A stretch of DNA of 64,000 bases, taken from Candidatus Omnitrophota bacterium. Its GTDB lineage: Bacteria; Omnitrophota; Gorgyraeia; Gygaellales; Profunditerraquicolaceae. Where the stretch lies: assembly GCA_026416665.1 (NCBI GenBank), contig JAOAET010000015.1, positions 4,433-68,432 on the forward strand, read 5' to 3'. Position numbers and translations under genes: made by a program. The notes beneath the pieces are model-generated. The model saw only the letters and a list, made by a program, of their open reading frames with translations, was not told the origin of the DNA and searched no databases. Within the stretch, counting starts at the first letter, position 1. The number at the start of each line of letters is the position of its first letter. This document shows, piece by piece, positions 18,094-27,202 of this stretch.

Positions 18094-18673
18094 TGTTTCC
18101 CTCTCTTCTTTTGTTGATCATCGCCATCGTTTTATCTATCCCTTCTTTTAACCAAAAATCTATTGCAAAACAAGCATGCTCAATAACCTCACCCAATCTT
18201 TGTTGCTCTTGAGTAGTAAAAGGTGAAAGTACATAATCTGCAGGTTCAGTTTTTGGTGTCGGTCTTCCAATTCCTATGCGCAAGCGACAAAATTCCTCAG
18301 TTCCTAAGTAGTTTATTATTGACTCTATACCATTATGCCCTGCAGAAGAACCACCGAGCTTAACTTGAATTCTCCCTAAGGGAAAATCCATATCATCGTG
18401 AACTATTAAAAGATCACGGCCATTAATACGATTTTTCTTGACTAATCTTGACACTACTGTCCCCGATAAATTCATATAAACTAAAGGTAAAGCTATAATC
18501 CCTCCAATTCCTTCATCTTTTTTTATCGTTGCAATAAATGCTTTCTGCCAAAAAACATATTTAAAATTAATCTGCTGTTCTTTAACATAAGCCCGAATAA
18601 CCGTAGCACCAATATTATGCCTGGTAGAAAGATAACGCCTGCCAGGATTTCCTAAGCCAACTACCAGTTTCAT
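18086..18673 (-). CDS. pth: Peptidyl-tRNA hydrolase
   Basis: VGLGNPG, TRHNIG, YMNLSG, HDDMD, GHNG, RLRIGIGRP. Confidence 0.97.
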   Translation of the reverse strand: MKLVVGLGNPGRRYLSTRHNIGATVIRAYVKEQQINFKYVFWQKAFIATIKKDEGIGGIIALPLVYMNLSGTVVSRLVKKNRINGRDLLIVHDDMDFPLGRIQVKLGGSSAGHNGIESIINYLGTEEFCRLRIGIGRPTPKTEPADYVLSPFTTQEQQRLGEVIEHACFAIDFWLKEGIDKTMAMINKRREGNNE

Positions 18674-18695
18674 TAATTAACATAACCCTTTTCGT

Positions 18696-19367
18696 TTATT
18701 TGCTTTCGGGCGTAGAAGTTTCCTTTACCTCTTCTTTCTTCTCCTTAATTACCTCTGGTTCTTTTAATTCCTCACCTTCAGCAGGAGCAGTTATTTCTTC
18801 TTTCATTGGAGCAGAAACAGCTACAACCACTGCTTCAGGGTCAGATAAAATCTTAACTTTTGGAGGACAGATTATTTCTTTAACATGTACGGCTTCACCA
18901 ATTTTAAGATGGGATATATCAACCTCAATATGTTTGGGTATATCTGTGGGTAAACACTCTACTTCTATCTGCCACATTACTACTTCTAAAGATCCACCTT
19001 CTTGCTTAACTCCAACGGCTTCACCAACTGTTACAACAGGGACATTAACTTTTAATGTCTTAGTCAAAGATATCTCATGGAAATCAATATGAAGGATGTC
19101 GCCATGAACAGGGTCGTATTGTATCTCTTTAATCATACAGGAACGCGATTTTTTCTTATCATCTTTAATATGTAAGTTAATAATAGCGTTCTCCAACCTA
19201 TGATGGTGATACAAAGTCAAGAACTCATGTCTTGATACCTTTATGGGTAAAGACTCTGTACCATTAGAATACACCACTGCAGGAATAAATCCTAACTTCT
19301 TCATTGCCTTGACTTCACTTCGTCCAATCTCTTGCCTTGGTTGAGCTTCTAGTATGAGGTTTTCCAT
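18696..19367 (-). CDS. rplY: 50S ribosomal protein bL25 (Ctc type)
   Basis: IPAVVY, HIDF, GEAVGVKQEGG, acidic tail. Confidence 0.95.
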   Translation of the reverse strand: MENLILEAQPRQEIGRSEVKAMKKLGFIPAVVYSNGTESLPIKVSRHEFLTLYHHHRLENAIINLHIKDDKKKSRSCMIKEIQYDPVHGDILHIDFHEISLTKTLKVNVPVVTVGEAVGVKQEGGSLEVVMWQIEVECLPTDIPKHIEVDISHLKIGEAVHVKEIICPPKVKILSDPEAVVVAVSAPMKEEITAPAEGEELKEPEVIKEKKEEVKETSTPESK

Positions 19368-19424
19368 TTCGCTTGTTTCCTTTCTTGAAATACAAATGTG
19401 TTTTATATGGGTTCCTTTAAGAAC

Positions 19425-20375
19425 CTAATTTCTGTGGTCATCAAAAAGACAACTAATAGATTCCTCATTATGAATACGTTTAATTGCTTCACCCATTAAG
19501 GATGCAATAGATAAAACTTTAATTCTTGGGTGCTGTTTTTTAGGCGGTAAAGGTATACTATCAGTAATAACTAATTCTTTTAAATCTTTACATTCATCAA
19601 TACGTTGCACAGCAGGACCAGAAAGCACTCCGTGAGAGATGGTTGCCCTTATCGAACGACACTTAGCCCTTTTAAGTGCCTGCACCGCTTCAATCAAAGA
19701 GCTACCCGTAGCAATCAAATCATCTACAATTACAGCATCTTTTCCCGTTACCTTACCAAGGATATGCATTACCTCTGTCTTATCTGGAGAATCCCTACGC
19801 TTATCAATTACTGCTAAAGCTGCACCCAATTTCTTAGCATAAGCACGAGCCATTTTAATTGAACCGACGTCAGGTGAAACTACAACCATATTCTTTGTAG
19901 CAAATTTTTTAAGATAATCTATAAAAACATTTATAGCAAAAAGATGGTCTACAGGTATATCAAAAAAACCCTGAATTTGTCCAGCATGTAAATCCATCGT
20001 AAGAATACGACTTGCACCAGCTACTGTTAAAAGATTTGCCACAAGTTTTGCTGTAATAGGAACCCGAGGTTGGTCTTTGCGGTCTTGTCTGGCATAACCA
20101 AAATAAGGTATCACCGCAGTAATACGACTGGCAGAGGCACGTTTTAAGGCGTCAATCATAATCAAAAGTTCCATTAACATATCATTAGGAGGTGTACAGG
20201 TTGACTGTATGACAAAAACATCTTTGCCACGAACATTCTCATTAATCTTAACACGCGTCTCCCCTTCACTGAATTGGCTAACTAAAGCGTCGCCTAAAGG
20301 AATATTAAGATAATCACAGATAGCCTTAGCTAACTTAGGATTAGAGTTACCTGTAAAAATCTTTAGTTTATCCAT
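19425..20375 (-). CDS. prs: Ribose-phosphate pyrophosphokinase
   Basis: FSEGE, PYFGYARQDRK, DLHAGQIQGFF, VDDLIATGSS. Confidence 0.98.
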   Translation of the reverse strand: MDKLKIFTGNSNPKLAKAICDYLNIPLGDALVSQFSEGETRVKINENVRGKDVFVIQSTCTPPNDMLMELLIMIDALKRASASRITAVIPYFGYARQDRKDQPRVPITAKLVANLLTVAGASRILTMDLHAGQIQGFFDIPVDHLFAINVFIDYLKKFATKNMVVVSPDVGSIKMARAYAKKLGAALAVIDKRRDSPDKTEVMHILGKVTGKDAVIVDDLIATGSSLIEAVQALKRAKCRSIRATISHGVLSGPAVQRIDECKDLKELVITDSIPLPPKKQHPRIKVLSIASLMGEAIKRIHNEESISCLFDDHRN

Positions 20376-20377
20376 AA

Positions 20378-21640
20378 CTACCTCATCTTCGTCTTTATTG
20401 GTTTTGCAGGCACTCCCACAACCGTTGTAAAGTCATCTACATTTTTATTTCTGGTAACCACACTTCCTGCTCCGGTTCTGGCTTGCTTACCCACCACCAC
20501 TGGTGCTACCAATACTGTATCTGAACCAATAAAGGCTTTATCCTTAATAATCGTTGTGTTTTTATGTTTTCCATCGTAATTAGCAGTTACTGTTCCTGCT
20601 CCAATATTTACGGAATGCCCCAGACGTGCGTCTCCTAAAAAACCAAAGTGTTTTGCTCTACTACCTGAAGCAATTTTAGTGCGGGAGATTTCAATAAAAT
20701 TACCCACTGTTACAAAATCATCAAGCCTTGTTCCAGGTCTTAACCGAGCAAAAGGTCCCACTGAACAATGGCTACCAATTTTAACATCCTTTTCAATAAC
20801 TGTAAAGGGATAAATTACGGTGTCTGTCCCTATCTTTGCATCCCAGCTTATAAAGGTAGAGTCAGGATCAACAATAGTAACACCGTTTTTCATTAAATTT
20901 TCTTGAATACGCTGTTGCATTATTTTGTTAGCATAGGCAAGTTCAACACGAGAATTTACTCCCATTACTTCTTTCGGGTCATCAGCTTTTATTGATTCAA
21001 CTACATATTCATCTTTATATAGCATTTCTATAATATCAGTAAGATAATACTCTTTTTTTGCATTGTTAGGTTTAATTCTTTTTATATAGCGTGCTAATTT
21101 TTCTCTCTCAAAACACAATATCCCCGTATTGATTTCTTTTATTGTCTTTTGGTATTCATCCGCATCCTTATCCTCGACAATACCACAGATAACATCATAA
21201 GAATCACGCAAAATTCTACCATACCCATCTGGCTTATCCATCTGGGCAGTAAGCAGGGTTGCCGCAGCCTTTGTCTCAGTATGATGCGCTATTAACTTTT
21301 TAACGGTATCAGGTTTTAATAAAGGATTATCACCATAAAGCACAATCACTGTTCCTCTAAAACCTGAAAGAAGTGGCAAAGCCTGCTTTACCGCATCAGC
21401 GGTTCCAAGGATGTTGCGTTGAATTGCTACACTGGCGGAGGCAGGTAAAAATGCCTTTACCTGCTGATATTGATACCCAACTACAACAACGTATCTTTTA
21501 ATCCGCAGTTGTTTAACAAGGTCAAGCACGTAACCTAACATTGGACGGCAGGCAACTTCATGCAGAACCTTTGGTTTGTCTGACTTCATTCGCTCCCCCT
21601 TACCTGCTGCCAATATAATCGCTGCTATAGAATTTTTCAT
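20378..21640 (-). CDS. glmU: Bifunctional GlmU
   Basis: LAAGKGERMKS, LGTADA, EYYLTD, GPFARLRPG, NYDG. Confidence 0.95.
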   Translation of the reverse strand: MKNSIAAIILAAGKGERMKSDKPKVLHEVACRPMLGYVLDLVKQLRIKRYVVVVGYQYQQVKAFLPASASVAIQRNILGTADAVKQALPLLSGFRGTVIVLYGDNPLLKPDTVKKLIAHHTETKAAATLLTAQMDKPDGYGRILRDSYDVICGIVEDKDADEYQKTIKEINTGILCFEREKLARYIKRIKPNNAKKEYYLTDIIEMLYKDEYVVESIKADDPKEVMGVNSRVELAYANKIMQQRIQENLMKNGVTIVDPDSTFISWDAKIGTDTVIYPFTVIEKDVKIGSHCSVGPFARLRPGTRLDDFVTVGNFIEISRTKIASGSRAKHFGFLGDARLGHSVNIGAGTVTANYDGKHKNTTIIKDKAFIGSDTVLVAPVVVGKQARTGAGSVVTRNKNVDDFTTVVGVPAKPIKTKMR

Positions 21641-21664
21641 ATTAAATTAAATTTACGATTTCAA

Positions 21665-21736
21665 CTGGGACGTCTGGACTCGAACCAGAATAGCGAGACC
21701 CAAATTCTCGTGTCCTACCAATTGGACGACGTCCCA
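21665..21736 (-). tRNA. tRNA-Gln (anticodon UUG), CCA not encoded
   Basis: TGGGACGTCGTCCAATTGGTAGGAC, arm CGAGA-ATTTGGG-TCTCG, T arm TCTGGTTCGAGTCCAGA. Usual position near ispE/prs. Confidence 0.93.
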
Positions 21737-21747
21737 AAATCTTCTTT

Positions 21748-22161
21748 TTACTCGTCTCCAGTTGCTTTTGCTGCTTTCGGTCCCTTTTTTACTTCCTCTT
21801 CATAGGCTGCCAGAACCTTCTTTTGTAACAACTGGCGGAATTCTTGCGTAATTGGATGGGCAATATCCTTGTGTTCCATCTGAGCGGTATTTTCGTTACT
21901 TTGCGCCTGCTGCTTACTGTTTGCAGGTAATTGCATGCCACATTGGTTGCAGAACTTAGCTCGTGCCTCGTTTTTAAAACCGCACTTTGGACAAGGATAT
22001 TTTACCTTACGCGAAGGCATGGCAATAAAAAGACCACTTGACCCCTGAATCACTTTGATATTTCTTACTACAAAAGCATTGTCAAGAGTTATCGTGGCAT
22101 AAGCCTTTAGTTTCTTGTCAGGTGAATCCTTAAGAAAAACTCTTACCTCAGTAATCTCCAT
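21748..22161 (-). CDS. spoVG: SpoVG family protein with inserted zinc ribbon
   Basis: MEITEVRV, GLFIAMPSRK, DIAHPI. CPKC...CNQC insert. AAGGAGG RBS. Confidence 0.92.
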   Translation of the reverse strand: MEITEVRVFLKDSPDKKLKAYATITLDNAFVVRNIKVIQGSSGLFIAMPSRKVKYPCPKCGFKNEARAKFCNQCGMQLPANSKQQAQSNENTAQMEHKDIAHPITQEFRQLLQKKVLAAYEEEVKKGPKAAKATGDE

Positions 22162-22184
22162 AGTTGCCCTCCTTCTTATAATCA

Positions 22185-23072
22185 TTAGATGCTGTAAGCA
22201 AAAAATACTTTATTCCTGAAACTATTATGCAAACGGTTAAAAACTCTCTCAGCCTCCTTTCGTAAAGTAAATATCCCATATACCGCCAAGCCACTACCAC
22301 TCATCAGAACCGTCTTCGCACCCGCTGCAAGCAATTTACTTTTCGCTTCTTTTAATTGTGGATATAAAATTTCAGCAACTGGTTCTAAACTATTAGATAT
22401 TTCTTTAGTTAAAGCCGAGATGTTTTTATTTTTTAACGCTAAACAAATAAGTTTAGCATTAGTTCTTTTTTTTGTCAACCTTAAACTAGGAAATTTATCC
22501 CACGCCGCATAAATTTCAGCAGTTGACTTCTTTTTTGCTATTACTAGTATTACATGCCAAAGTCTTATTCTGTTTAATTCTGCTAAAGGTATTACTATCT
22601 GTCCCTTTCCTTTCACCCAAGCAAAGCGACAACCGTAGATAAAAAAAGGCACATCTGCACCAATATGAGAACCTATCTTAATCAACTGTTGTAAGGTTAA
22701 ATTAAGCCTCCACATTTTGTTTAATCCAATTAGAACCGTCGCTGCATTACTTGAACCACCACCCATACCACTGGCTACGGGAATATTTTTTTCTATACAT
22801 ATATCTATTCCTTTATCTATTTTGTAAAGTTGTTTAAGAAATAAAGCACTCTGATAAGCAAGATTAGTCTTATCGGTGGGAACCTCAGTGTTGTTAACCT
22901 TAACAGTGACAAAACTATCTTCTCGAGAGATAAGAGTTATCTTATCTACTAAACTGATTCTTTCAAAGAGACTGTTAAGGCAATGGTATCCGTCCGGACG
23001 TTTTCTTAGCACAGACAAAGAGAGGTTTAACTTAGCAAATGAATCAAGAGTAAGTATTCTTGTGTCAAACAC
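22185..23072 (-). CDS. ispE: 4-diphosphocytidyl-2-C-methyl-D-erythritol kinase
   Basis: AKLNLSL, RPDGYH, IPVASGMGGGSSNAA, GADVPFF, MSGSG. Confidence 0.95.
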   Translation of the reverse strand: MFDTRILTLDSFAKLNLSLSVLRKRPDGYHCLNSLFERISLVDKITLISREDSFVTVKVNNTEVPTDKTNLAYQSALFLKQLYKIDKGIDICIEKNIPVASGMGGGSSNAATVLIGLNKMWRLNLTLQQLIKIGSHIGADVPFFIYGCRFAWVKGKGQIVIPLAELNRIRLWHVILVIAKKKSTAEIYAAWDKFPSLRLTKKRTNAKLICLALKNKNISALTKEISNSLEPVAEILYPQLKEAKSKLLAAGAKTVLMSGSGLAVYGIFTLRKEAERVFNRLHNSFRNKVFFAYSI

Positions 23073-23073
23073 G

Positions 23074-24003
23074 TTATGTAAGAAAAGACGATACTGCGTT
23101 TTCTATATCAGCGGAGGTCAAATTGTATTCACGTAAAAGCTCATCGGGTTCACCTGATTGGCCAAACTTATTTTTTATATTAACCTGCCTTATTCTCACA
23201 GGATAACTTTCTGTAACTACTTCTTGAACCGCAGAAGCAAGACCGCCTACGTTGGAATGTTCTTCACAGACTACAATTCCAGAACACTGCTTTGCAGAAG
23301 TAATAATAGCTTCTTTATCTAAAGGAGAAATAGTGTGCATATTTATTACTCTTACTTTTATGCCCTTTTTAGCCAAGTTATCTGCTGCCTGTAAAGCCTC
23401 ATAGACCATAATACCACAAGCAATAATAGCGGCGTGTTTACCTTCACGCAAGATTTGTGCCTTACCAAAAATAAACTTAGGTTTATTTTCTACAGTGGGA
23501 ACTTTACAACGTGCAAGACGGATATAGAATGGGCCACTAGTTTTAGCAGCGGTCTCAACAGCATCTTTTGTCTGCGGACCGTCACAAGGAATAATAATAT
23601 TCATATAGGGAATTGCCCGCATAAGACAAATATCTTCTAAGGCCTGGTGGCTAGAACCATCGGGTCCTACAGTAATACCTGCATGGCTGGCAACAATCTT
23701 TACATTAAAATTATTATAGGCAATGGTGTTTCTAATCTGCTCCCAAGCCCGACCCGTGGCAAACATTGCAAAACTGGAGGCAAAGACAATCTTACCACAT
23801 GAGGCAAGACCTGCCGCAGTAGCCATCATATTTTGTTCTGCTACCCCAAAGTTAAAAAACCGAGTGGGAAACTCTTTGGCAAACATAGCGGTTTTCGTTG
23901 AAGTAGATAAATCTGCATCTAATACCACTAATTCTGGTATTATTTTACCCAGTTCTACTAATGTTTTACCGTATATGTCACGTTGATGTATAAATTCTGC
24001 CAT
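23074..24003 (-). CDS. Transketolase, C-terminal subunit (split type)
   Basis: DADLSTST, GVAEQNM, GPDGSSHQ, EEHSNVGGL, FGQSG. Confidence 0.92.
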   Translation of the reverse strand: MAEFIHQRDIYGKTLVELGKIIPELVVLDADLSTSTKTAMFAKEFPTRFFNFGVAEQNMMATAAGLASCGKIVFASSFAMFATGRAWEQIRNTIAYNNFNVKIVASHAGITVGPDGSSHQALEDICLMRAIPYMNIIIPCDGPQTKDAVETAAKTSGPFYIRLARCKVPTVENKPKFIFGKAQILREGKHAAIIACGIMVYEALQAADNLAKKGIKVRVINMHTISPLDKEAIITSAKQCSGIVVCEEHSNVGGLASAVQEVVTESYPVRIRQVNIKNKFGQSGEPDELLREYNLTSADIENAVSSFLT

Positions 24004-24005
24004 AC

Positions 24006-24845
24006 TTATGCGCACTCTGTATCTTGTTCTAACTCTTTATAAGCTTTTGCTGCCTCTTCATTAGTAGGTGCACAACCGTGAAAATTACAAACATTCTCCA
24101 TAAAAGAAACCCCTTTCCCTTTAGTTGTTCGTGCAATGATTACAGTGGGTTTACCTTTATAATTTTTTGCTGCATCAAATGCCTCAAGAATTTGACGCAT
24201 ATTATGCCCATCGATTTCTATAGTATACCAACCAAATGCCTGCCATTTGGCAACAAGAGGCTCAAGATTCATTATCTCATTAGTTCTGCCGTCTATCTGA
24301 AAACCATTATAATCTACGATTGCACAGAGATTGTCGCACTTATAATGGCTGGCAGCCATAGCTGCCTCCCAAATATTTCCTTCTTGAATTTCACCGTCAC
24401 CCATTAAACAATATACTCGATAATCTTTTTTATCAATCTTGCCAGCAAGACTCATACCTAAAGCAACAGATAAACCTTGTCCCAATGAACCAGAAGCTAC
24501 CTCTACCCCTGGTGTGCGACGGTCAGGATGCCCCTGAAGAATTGACCCTAATTTACGAAGATTTGTTAACTCTCCTTTAGGGAAAAATCCTCTATCTGCA
24601 AGCACGGCATACCACAAAGGACAACAATGCCCCTTGGATAAGTGAAAACGGTCACGGTCAGGCCATTGAGGTTCGTTAGGCCGATGGCGCAAAACTACAT
24701 AGTAAAGAGCAACTACTATATCCGTAGCAGAAAGGCTTCCTCCAGGGTGTCCCGAGCATGCCCTACAAATCATCTCAATAATCTGCTTTCTAATCTGGCG
24801 TGCCTTTTTTTCTAATTCTTTAATTTGCTTGTCATCTATCTCCAT
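24006..24845 (-). CDS. Transketolase, N-terminal ThDP-binding subunit
   Basis: SGHPGGSLS, DRFHLSKGH, GSLGQG, GDGEIQEG, KGKGVSFME. Confidence 0.93.
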   Translation of the reverse strand: MEIDDKQIKELEKKARQIRKQIIEMICRACSGHPGGSLSATDIVVALYYVVLRHRPNEPQWPDRDRFHLSKGHCCPLWYAVLADRGFFPKGELTNLRKLGSILQGHPDRRTPGVEVASGSLGQGLSVALGMSLAGKIDKKDYRVYCLMGDGEIQEGNIWEAAMAASHYKCDNLCAIVDYNGFQIDGRTNEIMNLEPLVAKWQAFGWYTIEIDGHNMRQILEAFDAAKNYKGKPTVIIARTTKGKGVSFMENVCNFHGCAPTNEEAAKAYKELEQDTECA

Positions 24846-24846
24846 A

Positions 24847-25827
24847 TTATTTTACTTTCTGATTAAGCAACTCAAGCTTTTCTTTAATTGAACCTTTATC
24901 TGGAGCTAGACTTAATGCCTTTTCCAATTTCTCTTTTGCCTTATTAAAATCCTCAATCTTTAAATAGGCCTCTGCTAAATGTTCGAAAATAACTGGGTCC
25001 TCAAGAAGCTGTGCAGCTCTTTCTAATTCTCTGATTGCCTCAGTTAATTTGCCTTGTTTAAAATAAAGCCAGCCTAAACTATCAATATATGCACCATTAT
25101 TAGCATCTAAAGAAAGAGCTTTTTTAATAAGAATTTCTGCTTCCACTAGATTTTGATTTTCTTCAACATAGACATAACCAAGATAATTTAAAGCTGGATG
25201 ATAATCGGGCTTTAATTCTATGACTTTCTTTAGATATTCTATTGCTAATGCACGGTTTTTTTGTTCATCCACAATATAAGCCAAATAAAAAAATGCCTCA
25301 TAATCCTGTGGTGCTATTTCAGTAACGGTCTTAAAAGTTTTCTCAGCAGCTGGAAAATTCTTTTGCTGTAGGTACAAGAGTCCCAAACTCTTATAAATTG
25401 TTACGTTGGTAGGGTCCAATTTAACTGCGTTTTGCAAAGCAGACTCGTACTCTTTACCTGCCTCTGCAACATTATTTTGAAAGAAATATAATAGTGCCAA
25501 AACTGCATGTGGTTCAACAGCATCAGGGGCTATTTTGATAGCAGTCTTAAGTTCTTCAATTGCTTGAGATACTTGATTTTTCTTTAAGTAGGCACTGGCC
25601 AATGCTAAACGAATAGTAACATTATCACTATCGAGCTTAAGCGCCTTTTTATATTCTGAGATTGCTGCTTCTATTTGTTGGTTTCTTTCATAAATACCAC
25701 CCAGAATAAAATGTGTCAGAGCATCCTTAAGTTTTATATCTCTTGCCTGTATACAGGTAGTTGCCAACAAACAAATCCCTAAGGTAATAGTAAATAGCCT
25801 AGTATAACTAGATATATTAACAGACAT
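24847..25827 (-). CDS. Exported tetratricopeptide-repeat protein
   Basis: Signal peptide, multiple TPRs, ALNYLGY and YIDSLGW motifs. Confidence 0.88.
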   Translation of the reverse strand: MSVNISSYTRLFTITLGICLLATTCIQARDIKLKDALTHFILGGIYERNQQIEAAISEYKKALKLDSDNVTIRLALASAYLKKNQVSQAIEELKTAIKIAPDAVEPHAVLALLYFFQNNVAEAGKEYESALQNAVKLDPTNVTIYKSLGLLYLQQKNFPAAEKTFKTVTEIAPQDYEAFFYLAYIVDEQKNRALAIEYLKKVIELKPDYHPALNYLGYVYVEENQNLVEAEILIKKALSLDANNGAYIDSLGWLYFKQGKLTEAIRELERAAQLLEDPVIFEHLAEAYLKIEDFNKAKEKLEKALSLAPDKGSIKEKLELLNQKVK

Positions 25828-26013
25828 TTGTTCGGAAGGATTATTTTCTTATAATTTAATCATTTATGGTTAAAAGTCCTGTGGAAAAAAATATCCCTTT
25901 TTATTTTGGCGGTTTAGTCTTACTAGACACAACAAGTTAAAGACAGAAAAATCACCCGCCTCTTTCTTTAATAAAAATGAGTTACTCAATATAAGCTTTC
26001 TTAATTTTAAATC

Positions 26014-26115
26014 TTAACCCCAATCACGTTTCTTGAGGTGGCGACGAAGGCGACGCATCTTTTTTCTTTTGTGCGTCCTTATCTTCCTTCTTTTTCGTTT
26101 CCTTCCACAAGGCAT
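26014..26115 (-). CDS. 33-aa basic protein, bS22/mS38 (AURKAIP1/COX24)-like small ribosomal protein; absent from the ORF track
   Basis: Manual translation MPCGRKRKRRKIRTHKRKKMRRLRRHLKKRDWG*. GGAGG RBS 5 nt before ATG, directly after hisG. Confidence 0.82.
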   Translation of the reverse strand: MPCGRKRKRRKIRTHKRKKMRRLRRHLKKRDWG

Positions 26116-26126
26116 CTGTGCCTCCG

Positions 26127-27011
26127 TTAGTAAATTAGTTTGTTTAGAGGATACTCAATAATACCTTCTGCACCTGCCTTTTTTAAAGCAGGAATTAAAT
26201 TTCTTACCAGATGCTCATCAATAATCGTCTCTACGGCTACCCAACCTTCAGTAGTAAGGTTTGAGATGGTTGGTTTTCTTAAAGCCGGAAGAATTTTAAT
26301 TATTTTCTCTACATCTTTTTTCTGCACATTCATCTTCAAACCAACTTTTCCTTCAGCAGCAATAGCCCCTTGTAATAACAAAGCAATCTGTTCCATCTTA
26401 GCTCTTTTGTTCTTATCACGATAAGACACTGGGTTAGCAATAAATTGTGTTGTAGATTCACAAAGAGTTGCAATCTCTACTAATTTATTCGCTCGAAGAC
26501 TTGACCCTGTCTCAGTTAAATCTACTATTGCATCTACTAATCCTGCATTAACCTTAACCTCTGTTGCCCCCCAAGAAAATTCAACTTCTACCTTCACCTT
26601 TAGTTTAGCAAAGTAGTCCTTGGTAACATTAACTAATTCGGTAGCAATGCGTTTTCCTGCCAGATCTTTTGGTGATCTATACGGGCTATCCTGGGGAACA
26701 GCCAAAACCCAACGAACTTTATTCATACTCTGTTTTGCATAGACCAAATCACAAATTCTGATTACCTTTGCACGATTTTCCAATATCCAATCATTCCCAG
26801 TAATACCACAGTCCAATGCTCCATCTTGAACATAACGAGCCATTTCTTGAGCACGTAAGAGCACTGCCTCTATCTGTGGGTCATCAATGGAAGGAAAATA
26901 AGACCGTTCAGAAGAAAGTAAAACCTTAAACCCAGCTTTCTGAAACATCCGAAAAGTTGCTTCCTGCAGACTTCCTTTTGGTAAACCCAGTCTTAATTTT
27001 TTTTCTACCAT
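26127..27011 (-). CDS. hisG: ATP phosphoribosyltransferase (long form)
   Basis: GLPKGSL, DCGITG, FSWGATE, TETGSSL, C-terminal regulatory domain. Confidence 0.96.
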   Translation of the reverse strand: MVEKKLRLGLPKGSLQEATFRMFQKAGFKVLLSSERSYFPSIDDPQIEAVLLRAQEMARYVQDGALDCGITGNDWILENRAKVIRICDLVYAKQSMNKVRWVLAVPQDSPYRSPKDLAGKRIATELVNVTKDYFAKLKVKVEVEFSWGATEVKVNAGLVDAIVDLTETGSSLRANKLVEIATLCESTTQFIANPVSYRDKNKRAKMEQIALLLQGAIAAEGKVGLKMNVQKKDVEKIIKILPALRKPTISNLTTEGWVAVETIIDEHLVRNLIPALKKAGAEGIIEYPLNKLIY

Positions 27012-27055
27012 AGATTCTGCCCCTTTTTAATCCAAGACTTAAAACACGAATTGTT

Positions 27056-27084
27056 ATTATAACCAGAGACTAACTACTTGTAAA
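27056..27084 (-). promoter_or_regulatory. Promoter for the hisG transcript
   Basis: TTTACA-17 nt-TATAAT. Confidence 0.65.
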
Positions 27085-27114
27085 GGACAATTTTATACTT
27101 AGTAACCTTTTTCC

Positions 27115-27142
27115 TTTACAAGCCGAAATAGCTTAATATAAT
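27115..27142 (+). promoter_or_regulatory. Divergent promoter for the SurA/PpiD-like gene
   Basis: TTTACA-16 nt-TATAAT. Confidence 0.6.
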
Positions 27143-27202
27143 AATTATATCTTCTTCATATAAGAATATTTACTTTTTAGCAATTAGCTCTGGGAGGTAG
27201 CA

